Positions 52,302 to 64,000 of a DNA stretch of 64,000 nt are shown one piece after another (within the stretch, counting starts at the first letter, position 1; the number at the start of each line of letters is the position of its first letter). The translations under genes and the position numbers were made by a program. A model generated the notes under the pieces. The model was not told the DNA's origin and did not search any database. It was given only the letters and a program-made list of their open reading frames with translations. This stretch comes from Callorhinchus milii (taxonomy: Eukaryota): the NCBI RefSeq assembly GCF_018977255.1, contig NW_024704755.1, positions 10,788,001-10,852,000 on the forward strand, in the 5' to 3' direction.

Positions 52302-53212
52302 GAGATCAGAAGAGCCACCTGGTCGAAACTCCTTGCGAAAGATTCGAAGATGAAGACGATCCGAGTGGCAAAGAGAGTGAAAACATCACGAGCGATTCGG
52401 AGTTAAAACACCCCGAAGAAAGGGAGACCTCACGCTCGCCCAAAGCCACCACTTCTGCTTCTTCTTCTTCTTCTTCTTCTGCTTCCAGTTCTACTTCGAC
52501 TTCTTCTTCATCTTCTTCTACTTCGTCCTCCACCACCACCTCCTCCACCGTCTCCTCCACCATCTCCTCCTCCTCCTCCTCCTCCTCGCTGCTGCTGCTG
52601 GTGCCTCACGGAGCTGAGCTCTCGCAGGAGAGCCACGACCCCCGAGTGGAAAACGCACATACAAAGCCGAGTCGCTCCCTGACTCACGGCACCGGCTCCG
52701 GCCACGCGACCTCGGTCATCCATTCCACCCCGACGGCGGCAACGGGGCCAACGGGGCCAACGGGGACGGTCGCCTCCAAGCCCAAGCTCTGGTCACTGGC
52801 CGAGATCGCCACCTCGGACAAGTCGAAAGAACAGAACGAGCCCCCGCAGGGTGTGTGCCCGGGCCAGGGCTGCGCCGCGCCGGCCAGCGCCTCGTCCCCG
52901 TCCCGCTCCCCCTGCCCGTACCCGAGCAGCGCCGTGTTGGCTCGGCCTCTCTACTACACCTCGCCCTTCTACACCGGCTACACGAACTATGGCAGCTTCG
53001 GGCACCTCCACGGCCACAGCCACAGCCACAGCCACAGCCACGGCGGTGCCCCCACGCATTTCCCTTCCAATGGATTAAGTCAGACTGTCTTAAACCGAGT
53101 AGAGACTCTGGTCAAACTCAGTCCCGAGATTAAAACAAAGAGCCCGACACAAATAGATCATTGCAAGGACACGTCGCCTTTTGATTTGAAGAAAGGTATG
53201 TCGACTATTTAA
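52302..53212 (+). CDS. irx5: Irx5 coding exon 3: IRO box and C-terminus
   Basis: Acceptor ccccAG|GA joins in frame to the phase-1 donor, giving GDQK. Contains the IRO box KPKLWSLAEIATSD and the motif RPLYYTSPFY, and ends DLKKGMSTI-stop, resembling the IRX5 C-terminus. Total CDS is 1554 nt (517 aa). The exact acceptor position is less certain than the rest. Confidence 0.9.
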
Positions 53213-53818
53213 TATTGGTTCCTCCGTCGAATCTCTTGGACACTATTTATTATTTTCCGTGGCAAATTATTTTTCCTTCCCCACTCCCTCCCCTCCCCCC
53301 CCCCCCCATCATCAAGATGCTTTTTAAGTCGCACAAAAAGAACTTTTAGTTTTTTTTTCCCCCTCTCCCCCTCCTCCTCCTCCTCCTCCTCTCTGATGGG
53401 TTTCAATTCCGACTGATCAAACGTGTAACATGTCAAATGTCTTAACCAAGTCAACCCAACAACCCAACAACCCAACCCCAACCCATCCACGAGTTAATTT
53501 GTATCCAAACTAATTCTGTATATTTAATGTAGCAATTTTTGTATTTAAAAAAAAGGATAATACAATCTCTTTGGAAGTAAATTATGAAACGAGTCTCTTG
53601 TACAGACATTATTGTTGTTCTTTCGTAATATATATATAATATAAAGCTGTGTTTTCGGAGAAAAAAAAATGTTTCATAGTCGAGACGATGCAAGTTTAAT
53701 TTATGATGGAAGCTTTCTTCCTTTTTTTCTTTTCCGGTGTGTGTGTGTGTGTGTCAAAAAAAAAGGTTTTAACAGGACAAAAATACAAAAAAAAATAGAC
53801 TTACTAGTGAGAGAAACA

Positions 53819-53824
53819 AATAAA
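53819..53824 (+). promoter_or_regulatory. Candidate polyadenylation signal of irx5
   Basis: AATAAA about 600 nt after the stop codon in an AU-rich 3' region, with an ATTAAA about 50 nt further on. Confidence 0.4.
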
Positions 53825-56800
53825 TCAATCAATCCAAGTCGCCGCAGTTGAATATGTACATATTTAATTAAAACCCAGTTTTAACTTACACATCCAGGCA
53901 AGCATCGATTATCATTTTGCTTTTGTTTTAAGTATTGACAGACGTGTTTTTTTTGGAGGAGGGGAGAAAGAAAGAAACAAGACACACACACACACACACA
54001 CACAAAGCGTGGCACCCTCGCTATGCAGCTGGTACTTTGGAAGAACTGGCTGGAATAATAAGTCTACAACTAAAGTGCCATCCTTTAACCTAATTACATC
54101 CAATCAGTGTCCTGTTTTATGCAAAGCAATCAGCTGGTGAACTTTGCTAATGAGTTCGATTTTATGCCAAATTTAGTCCTCATTACTGTCGCAAACCAGC
54201 ACAGCAGTGCTGTACGTGAGGCGGTCAGAGCTGAATCCATATTGACACCCATACGAGATAACCTGGCCTGTGCTCTCTCCAGCCCTCCAAAGTTACTGTC
54301 GTTCACAATGTGAATTCACTCAATTACCCCGTGTTTGGCATCGGCTTTCCTTAGGCTTTTTGCTGCTCTTTATTTGTCCTACACCCCCACCCCCCCACCA
54401 CCACCTCTCTTCTTCTCCCCCCAGAGTGTGTGTGATACTGCAAGTCTATTCAGTTAAACGAAACGTTGACTTGAACTTTTCCCAGATTCGCAGGTAGGTG
54501 TCACACTTGTTCTGAACAGAAACCGTCTCACTTTCAACTAAATGCCAAAAAAAGGCTCGTTTTCCCCCCTCTTCTGAATGAAGCACCACTATTTCTCTAC
54601 ATTAAAGCCTCCAATACTCTCTAAAATCAGGAGTTTCAAAATTAACAAGACACTTTTCAAATCCATATATATATACATATCTACACAGTGTATACTGGAA
54701 ATAAAGATCATCTTATTTGTTAGGAATAATTTCATTACAATCCAAGCTCTGAAAAAAAAGGCACTTTATTTTGAAGTGTGCTAACCACGAAATCCAGAAT
54801 TGATTGATTTTTTTTGGGGGGGTGAAATTCTGTCGTCAGTGTATCGAGTGTGCTGCAAGTAGGAAAAAAAATCGTTGAATTGTATTTTTGTAAGAACTAT
54901 ACCCAGAGCTTTTACTAATTTATGCGGCTGTTTTTTTTTGCAAAACAATGGACTCGGAAATGTTTGTAAATAAAAAAACTCAGCCTGATTTTTCCAAATG
55001 CGACTCGATGCTTCCTGTTTATGCTTCTGTTAGGTTTGATTCAGTCAGTTCATCTTAATTCTAAAAGATCAACAGATTGAGAAATGAAATATTAATGACA
55101 GATGTCTCTGATTATTTTCGCTGCAGAAAAAAAAAGGGGAGGGTGGGGGGAAACGAACTCATTTATGGTGGCAATTAAACTGAAAATGTCAGCTCTTTTC
55201 CCTTCAATTGAATTTAGTTAGCAAACCCATTAAATATTGTATAACGACGCTTCATCTCAATCCACAGGCATGATGTATACTGGTAGTTTGGTGCAAATGA
55301 ACCGCTGGAAGTTTTTTTTTGCACTTGACACGTATATTTTTCCAAAGGTAAAATTGGCTTTGGTAAATTTTCATTTCAGGAGTATTTTAACAAGCAATCA
55401 GACGGGAATAAATTCATACGCTGGCTGTCAGACTAATTGAACAACGGCACGTTTCATAAATTAGTGGATTTTCCAAACAATTACATTGATCAAAGCTTCA
55501 CATGGTTTTTTTATATATATATATATATCAGAGGAGAGCAGGTAGCGGTTTAAAAATTAAAGCACGGATACAGTTTCACAGTTTTAAAAGTTTTAAGGCA
55601 AGCATGGTTGTCTTGTCTGCTTCGCATCCGTATTTATCATACACGCGATTATTTTTGTTGCAGCCTATAATACATTCATATTTATCACACCCCTCGTTAT
55701 ACAAACATATGCCATAATCTGCCTGCACCCGCAATGCATAGAGCAGTTTATTATTGCAGTGCGAAACACAGTCATTTGTTAAAATCATTCATAAAACGAC
55801 ACCACCAAAGTTCTCCCAGAAAAGAAGATTGCGATTTGTCCTCAAACCCCTGTATTACACCCACCTAAAGTTGCACATTTATACCAAAGTTTTTTTTTCC
55901 TAAAAATGCAGAAGGGGATGACTTTATTTAGCTTCTCCCACCCCCTTCGAAATAGTTTATCTGATACAGCTGCCTAAGGATAATTTTGCCATTAATCTTA
56001 TTTAATTTCGTCTTTTTTAGTCTTTCAGTAAATAGTCGTGAAGGGACTCGTGGGGGAATATAAATACTCATGTAACGCTCCTAAATGTGCATAGTCTCTC
56101 GAACATTCACACGAGAACTATTTTTATCTGGCGTTAAAGTGTTAGCTACACAGGCGTGATTGCAATATATCATCAGCCTACACCATAATTATTAGTTTCT
56201 TTTCGCCTCCCTCTCCGTTTGCCTTTCTTCTTTGTAATTTTCCCTTTTTTTATGATTACAAAATAACCAGCAGCTTAAAGTTACCATCACTTTCAAACAA
56301 GGAATTAGTAGCAAATTACTTTTTTTTTCATGGAAACTATGCAAATTAGTCGTGTGACTATGATGTCTATTTTAGGAATTAAATTAATCTTTACTTAATT
56401 TTAAAGGATTAGAGATTTACAGGCGGCATTAGTTATAGGATTATTTTTTATATTTTTCATAAAGAAGCGATCTTTTATGAGTTGCTGAAGTGCATTAACG
56501 CAGATTTAGAACTGCTATTTCTAATGTTATACACACAAGTACAGTCTATGGCAGTACTGTACTGGGCAGGTATCAGTTCTGGTTACTTTGTGGTTTGGAT
56601 TAAAATGATATGGGTATTGGGGTCAGAACTCAGGGTGGAATTTTCATATAAGAATCACACGAGTCTTCCTACAGGGCAACGCAAAGAAGGTTGATAACTA
56701 AATACATATCAATAATACTCAATTGTATGTCCGTTTTCCCAACGCTTGTCAATACGTTTACTGTTCAAATCTCCTGCCCAATCACCCATATGTAAATGAA

Positions 56801-58613
56801 AAAGATTGGCATAATCTGATTTCATGTATTTTTGTTAGACATTAAATCGTTATTTGCAAGTAGCATTTGTGTTTATAACACGTATTGCCAGTCTATATCA
56901 TATATAGAACTACCAAGGCATGCCTATACACAAATTGTTTAATTAAGCGTGTATTATCTGTTTAAGCAGATGTGTGTATGGGTACCTATATATAAGTGTG
57001 CACGCACGTTACGTCCCTATTTATGTTACAACCTTACAACTCTGGTCCTTTACTAACTAATGCTTTAATTTTGCCCATTGTGTAATTTAACTATTGTTTA
57101 TGTCGGTACGTTTATAACCTTACATATTGTTTTAATTATTTTTTAATTATTATTTAATTATTTGAAAGCAATTACAAGTTTGCCCGCATTTTAGGCTACA
57201 TATATATATATATTATATATTTATTATTATATATTTATATATATATTCACATTCCGAACTATTTTTCCTGTCTTTTAAACGAATTATTTTGCATCTTTAC
57301 AGATAAGATTTTTTTTAAAAAAAGATGCTCCGATGACATTACTAATTCAACTCACTTTTAAACAAATACAAGAACATTTCCGGCACATGTATTTTCTGTG
57401 CTTTAAAGTCCAGTACTGCATTTGTAGGAAGCGTTGAGGTCCATTTAGCAAGGAGTTATTTCATTTGCACTGCCCTGAAAAACCTTTCCTGGCTTTACCC
57501 CAGATATTAGCGATTTTGTGTGCACATGTTCAAAGCATTTCTGTAAACGAAGCAGCGTTTGATGTGGGGGAAAACCTTTAATGTCATGGTCTCCCGAATA
57601 TACCTCTGCAAAGACAGCATGGCGAGAGATCTGAAGTTTTGACAGGGCTTTTTTTCTCCTAACAATGTAGATACAGTCAATGTGTGTATAGAGAGACATT
57701 TACACAAACAATCTTGAGCGTCTACAAAAGGCTTTATATCCCAAGCATTGTTCGTTAACATGGTAGGTTAGTCAAATAAACAGTGTCGCGAACATTAAAC
57801 TACAGATGTAAAGATAAGGAACCGACAGCATCGTTGCTATTAACGCGATCACTGTTTGTATTTGTGCACATGGAAACCTGTAACTGACACAAGACAGAAG
57901 TAAGACACTGGATGTCGCTCCTTCCCTGGAGAATATTGCATTTCAGGTAACCAATAACACCAGATTAACGGAGCCTTTGGAGAGAACAAAAAAAATGCAT
58001 ATTGTTCCAACTTGGAGAGGTAAACTGGGAATCAGTTAGTCCAGCAGTTTTCCAGTTGAAGACATGCCCTCACAATCCACACAAGGTAGAGGAGGTTTTG
58101 CTCCATCCACGCACCCTAGCCTGTCCTTAACTCCTTTTCACTGACTGGCAACAGAGGTGAAAAGTCCGTGTCCTCTTCCCAGCGGCGAATTCCTGACATT
58201 CCTATCTTTACACGGTGAAAAAACTCAGCGCAGTAACAACAAGCAGATAGCAACTGCTTTCAGTCCCAGCCAAACACAGGGGGAAAGGGAAAGAAAAATC
58301 AACCGTTGCTATTTCACTTCTTTTCGCCTGACAGGTACTGGTGTCAGAGAGTAAGAATGGCTCTGCCACTTTTCCTGGTTCCTTTAGCTTTTGCTCACTG
58401 ACAACCTGAGCTGCCTCCTCCAGTTTGGGTAAATAAATACTGTTCTGCTTTGTTAAAAGTTACTGCGAAGTGACACCTCTCCCGTCGGGTGTGTGTTTTT
58501 TTTTCGCGTGTGTTAAGGTGGTTTTCGTTTTTCTAACCAGCAATTTTTTTTTTCTTTAAATAAATAAATAAAGAAGAGAGAAAACAAGTGTGAAATGATC
58601 CGCGAAGATGCAA

Positions 58614-58662
58614 CAGTTAGTCAGTCAGTCAGTCAGTCAGTTAGTTAGTTAGTTAGTTAGTT
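58614..58662. repeat. Compound (CAGT)n(TAGT)n tetranucleotide microsatellite
   Basis: Read directly from the sequence. Confidence 0.9.
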
Positions 58663-59778
58663 CTCTTGTGAAGAGAACACTTATTGCTGCTGTGAAGGTG
58701 TGAAACTAATTTTGTTTAACCCTCTCCTTCCCTCCTCACACACACACACACACACACACCACACATATGCACACATCAGGGTCGGTTGTGCAACGCAACT
58801 CGGGCGTTGAAACGTCTCTAAAAGGTGCATCAAAGTACATGAAGATCACAGCATTGAGCGCTCTTCGTGAAATCCTCAAATGCTTTTGAGGTCAAGATCT
58901 TGTTTCTCCCAATAACCCGCCGTATGGAATACAGTGAGAGCATACAGTCTGCATAATAACATGGACGCGCGATTGATCAATACATGTTTAAGTGGTTTTT
59001 ATCAGACATTTGATCTTTGGATTTTCTATCTGAAGATTACACTTATTATGGTCAATGCGATGCTGATGAGTGCCCAAGAGATGCATTACTCTCAACACAA
59101 ATGGGGGTTATTTTATTTGCTGGAGTGTGAGTGATTGGTTGGGACTCGATTGAAACAATGAAAACGAATGTGCTTTATTTTTACACTAAATGTTATTTTT
59201 TTAAAAAAAAGTCCTCGGGGGAACGCAGACATTGTTGGATCATTATTTCTTAAAACAGTATTTAAAGTCGAATTCCAAGTTTGGGCTATAAACTTGGATA
59301 AAAACAAATCAGGTTATTTGGCGATCTGTTTTTATTTGACAACGCAGCCCTCGTTCCCTCAAACAGACTGTTCGAGATTAGTTGACCATTTAATAATCTA
59401 CTGCCGCCTCCTCCAAATAAACCTCAGTATCCGGACAAGGTGTGATCTGATATGCCTTGTACACTTTTGTGTACGTTTGGGAGCAAAAGGTGCCGTTTGC
59501 ACAGCACATAAATAATCATTTGGAGAGAAAACTAAAAAATGGGCTACAAATCGAGTCCATCTGGAGCTGCTCCGGATGATCAAAGGCTGTGCTTTGCTTG
59601 GGCTGAAATGTTAGTCCTGTCTATGTCCTGTGAGCATATTTAGGAAACTCGCTTCTGTACCTAAAGAGAAAACTCTACTGACCCTAACCCTTGACATTAA
59701 CTCAACAGGGAGACTACTTTAAGAAGCCGTGTAAAAATACAACATTTTCAGGAGGAATTGGATGGTAAACGAGACTTT

Positions 59779-59782
<4 letters not shown>

Positions 59783-59845
<63 letters not shown>
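59783..59845. repeat. Poly-C homopolymer (63 nt)
   Basis: Read directly from the sequence. Confidence 0.9.
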
Positions 59846-59847
<2 letters not shown>

Positions 59848-62800
59848 ACCCCACAACCTCTCCATTCTTTTTGACAAATACAAACTTTGAAGTGCTGGCT
59901 GACGCCGTGGATGGGAACATTGTGACTGGTGCTAATGATTACAAGCCTCTCTCTCTGCATCGAGTACGTCAGGGTACTCCTGCTGGCGTGGTAATGAATG
60001 GATGGTCATCACTAACGTAAGTAAATTAAAAAATAACAAAGTGGAGAGTTAATAACTTCTTCTTTCAACTGTTTTCCTAATTGCTTTAAACTGCCTTGTG
60101 TATACAATGCGCAGTGTGCCCTCTCCGGAGACCCCAGGGTTCTTTGAAACACCAGCAATTTTATTGTATTAAAAAATAACTAATCTTATGTGTGTTATAT
60201 ATTGGTCTCTGCGGTCCAATTCAGAATTATGTCCACTGCAAATAATATACATGTGGAGAATCAGTAGGGGCATCATTATATGATTGTAAAGTAGAGAAGT
60301 TCTTTCAAATCAGTGGAGAGAAACGAACAGTGATCAGAAACACGTATTGTGTGTTAAAAATGGTAAAGTTTTCTCTCCCCCCAAAAAATCCAAAAATAAC
60401 ATGCACACTATTCACAATGTCAATGCAACGAGTTGATTAGATGTTGTTTAAGGATATTCTTGAATGCTGAAGGGGTTTACAAAACATCCCATGGGTTTTT
60501 CTTACATAATTGCTTTCCACATTGGAAATAAAATAGGAAGATGTCTCTAGCAATATTAATGACCAGGACGCCGATGCACTTGGTAATATGTATCTGACTG
60601 CTGTTATACGGGGAAATAGATTAAGATTAACTTTTCTGACCTCACTTAAACTACATATACGAGTGTGAGAGGAAACGCAGGCTGGAGTTAATGGCTAAGA
60701 TGGGGTGCAGAGCTGACCGTAGTGATGTAATCACACTTGCTGTTGATATATAGGTGATTAGATGCAAGGTGTAACGCAGCGAGGAATGCAGATGCAGCGT
60801 TTCCGATGGTTGTTGTACAATTAAGATGTGTCAATACGATCATTAAATGACTTTGGGTGGATTATTGCCTAAGTACGGGGTAAATTACGCGTTTAACTTG
60901 CGGCAAGCATTTCTGAAGCCCTCTGAGCATTATTACATGGTTTGCGGTGAGGTTAAAAACTGAATGAAGGTTGAACAACGAGCTGTTGGGAAGACGCGAC
61001 TGATGTGGAGGAATACATTTGAGAAGCCCTTCTGTTCCCTTCACTGTTTGCGAGAAACATTCTGATGTATCACAAACCGGATTTTTTTTTTAAAAAAAAC
61101 TCCGAGCATCGCATCTCCACGATTTCCTTCTACTTTATCCGCCCTTTGAAGTTGTTCTGCTTTTTTTTAAAAAAAAACAGTTCTGTTCTCGTTTACTTAC
61201 ACGCGGATAAAACGGTGGAGCAACGTAAATAGATTCCAGATTTTTTTTCATACACGCACAACACGCAAAAAAGAAAGGGGGGAAAAAACAGTCGGCAATT
61301 CATTATGTAATAGGGATCTATTGACAAACGAGGTGATACGTTGTTAATTATTGCTATTATCCAGATGTACAAGTCAAGTTCTGCTACAGCAGTGAGTGAG
61401 CACAAACACATCACCAGAGGCACTGACAACAGACAGTCTGCCACTTCACAGCACAATCAAAATCAGCTAAAAAGTGTAAAGGGATCTCTATTATTTGACC
61501 TGGTTAGATTATTAGTAAGGACATCTGTGACTGGCAGCAGACCAAGTCTTGCCAAAAACAAAAACGGCTGTTTTTTTCCTCTCTCTCTCTCTCTCTCCAA
61601 AAGAGCAATATGTTAATTCCTCTGTCCCCTCCCCTCAGCTTCGGAAAAAAATTTGGCAGAAAACCCAGCCAGCGAGAATAAACAGAAGCCTTTTGCCGAA
61701 CAAGTGGCTGTTTTGAATTTACCTTTTGTGTGCGGCTACAAGCAATCTTGTGGCATTTTTCTTCACGAAAAGGGATTATAATGTACTACCGGCGTGGGAC
61801 CAGGAGAGTTGGGCTGGAGTTAGACTTTCAGGGAAATCGCAGAGGGGATAAGGGTCTTGCTTTATTTAATCATCAAATCCCGGGAATGAAGCTCTTAATT
61901 AATTATGGGTGCTAAAAATTCAGCCCAGCTGTTTCTTTCAGCTTGGCCATGGCTCTTGCGAAGAAAGACAAACTCTGGGCTGAGAATCTGCTACAATCCA
62001 GTTAGCATAAATCATTTCTTAATGATACTCCTTGGTGAAAATGAATCTGTTAATGACGGATGGTTTATTGTCTCCCAGATTTCTTTGCTCTGCACACTGC
62101 AACACTGTCCAGGCGAGTTGTTACCTATTAACGACTTAGCACTCATAAATGTTAAAAGCCTTTTAAATATTTATGGTGAAATTGTAAATTGACCTAGATA
62201 GATTGTCACAGTATGAATTACAACTGTTTACAAATCCATTCCAAGAAGAAAAGTATATATATATATCGTGTGTGTGTGTGTATATAAAAACATACCCTAA
62301 GATTTGTGAAACAACAGTTCAGATTTATCAGATGAGGTCTGCAAAGCAAACGAAAAAGTAACAAACACAAATAATCATGTCCCATGTTTCTCCAGTTCCT
62401 ACAAAAGCCTCTGGGGAACCTTGTGTGTGATTCTTGCAGCTGTTTGATAGCACTCTACATAGTCCTTATTGCTGATCCATGCAGATCCTATCAATAGACA
62501 TTGCACGCTAGAATTTGAAAGATGTCATGATAGTTTAAGGTAAATCCAGGGTTTAGTTTATCTGTTTAAACACATTTAGAATTCGTGTCCTGTATACAGG
62601 ATGACTATAAATAGGTAACTAGATGGAATAACTATGCACAAACACACACACACGGATATAAAACGCTGAAAGTTTTCGGATGTACAGAGAGGAATTACAA
62701 TGGGAGATTAAGCAGGTTAATTCCAACGTTGGATCAGAAAGATCTTACAGTGGGTTTGGGGGTGGTGGTGGGGGGGGTGTGGGGGGGGACACGTCCGAAA

Positions 62801-63715
62801 TGTAGGGGCGATTCTCTACTTCTTAAAATGTCCCTCAACTTGGTGACATGGGTAGAGAATTGGAAATAAGTGCTAAGAGCCTGCGTTAAGAAAAAAAACA
62901 CCCCATTCCCCATCCGCAATTGTGCTGCCCCCAAAGTCTGTTAGGTTTCCACCTCGTTGAGAATTTCCACCCAGTAAGTTTTTAATCATGTTTAGAGGGG
63001 ACAGACTTTTAAGTTGGGGAACTTGCAGATCATCGGTTGCTGCGTTGGCACTTTGGTACCCCAGAGAGAGAGAGAGAGAGAGAGCTGTGAGACAGAACAG
63101 ACAGCACCTTCACACAACCCTCAATGAATCTCACCTCCTCACTGTGTGATCTGAGTACACCACACGCTTAACAATAATACAGGTACCACAAGTGGACACG
63201 CAATAGCCTGTAACTACATTTACGACCATTTGGAAATAATTCAGGCCGAGAGTAGCCACAGACCAACAAGTAGGGTCACTCTCTGTAACGAAAGGACTCG
63301 GTTCTGCCTGTAACGTCCCCCTGAATAAGAGGTGAACGTTAACTAACACACGACCACCGCCTGTCTCCAGGCGCATCATTCCATCACATTGTGGGAACAA
63401 AACGCAAATGTCAAACAAATATTCAGAAAGAAGCTGTTGCACAACGTGGCAATTTAACTGGAGATTACTAAGTACACAAGCTCTAACCAGGAGCTTTCAC
63501 TATTCCCCAGTAATCTATCGGGGGCATGTTACACGCAATGGTTTGAGAACAACGAAAAATGGCTAATTAAGAAAATTTCATTGCACAAGGAGGTAAAGGA
63601 AAAATAGTAATTTCGTTATCAAAAAAATATGCACGATAAAATTCCGAAATTCAGTTAGCTGATGCACCAACTTTATGTATTCAGATTCCTGGGAGTAGTT
63701 TTTTTTAAAAAAAGA

Positions 63716-63830
63716 GAATAATAATAATAATAATCCTTGCATTTGATATAGCGCTTTTCACATTTTCTGGACGTCTCAAAGTGCTTCACAGAATATACTG
63801 TAAAGTGAATTGACTGTATATTTGTGGACA
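63716..63830 (-). mobile_element. SINE 3' fragment
   Basis: (aat)n ccttgcatttgatatagcgcttttcac...tcaaagtgcttcacagaatatactgtaaagtgaattgactgtatatttgtgg. Confidence 0.85.
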
Positions 63831-64000
63831 AAAAAAGATGGAACATTCTGGCAACTAATGTGGCATCCAGCCTGCACAATAAGCTACATTCCTGTGCATT
63901 CTGAGCTTTGATTGTCTTGTGGATGTGTATATGCATAGTGGATATATATACATATATATATAAAACAGGAAGTGGTAAGTACAAAATGTGAGTCACATCA

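Noticed and set aside
51171-53133. Alternative-frame and antisense ORFs over Irx5 exons 2-3
   Set aside because: They are shadows of the GC3-rich Irx5 coding sequence.
50437-53212. Assignment as Irx2 instead of Irx5
   Set aside because: The N-terminus ([35 protein letters not shown]) and the C-terminus (LKKGMS.I) match Irx5 rather than Irx2.
1-64000. Prokaryotic-type systems (CRISPR arrays, operons, defence islands)
   Set aside because: The sequence is clearly vertebrate, with spliceosomal introns, SINEs/LINEs and microsatellites. No repeat-spacer array is present; the minisatellite has no unique spacers.

Overview
AT-rich vertebrate genomic DNA, probably from a cartilaginous fish, inferred from the tRNA-derived, Deu-domain, L2-tailed SINEs and the L2/CR1 LINE relics. 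The window is part of an Iroquois-B cluster. It holds a complete three-exon Irx5 homeobox gene on the + strand (CDS 50437-53212, about 517 aa). Head-to-head with it, about 7 kb upstream on the - strand, is a spliced Sowah (sosondowah/ANKRD43 family)-like gene that the ORF track does not assemble. Three intact, phase-compatible exons (43350-43488, 40444-40505, 10420-10674) rebuild the Sowah N-terminal domain across a 30 kb intron, and they start from a CpG-island promoter. Later exon-like blocks (8270-7976, 7722 downward, and others) carry multiple stop codons. The large intron also holds a series of exon-like relics, four of which are symmetric and open in phase 2. This looks like an Irx-linked, intron-containing Sowah bystander gene that is partly decayed, at the position occupied by the lncRNA CRNDE in human. 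Other structure includes a 268 bp near-perfect inverted duplication, a 160 bp direct duplication, a young L2 nested in an old L2 with an 8 bp target-site duplication (TSD), a 1 kb G-rich minisatellite between the two promoters, and many SINE/LINE fragments and microsatellites. All family assignments come from recognition and manual translation; no database search was run.
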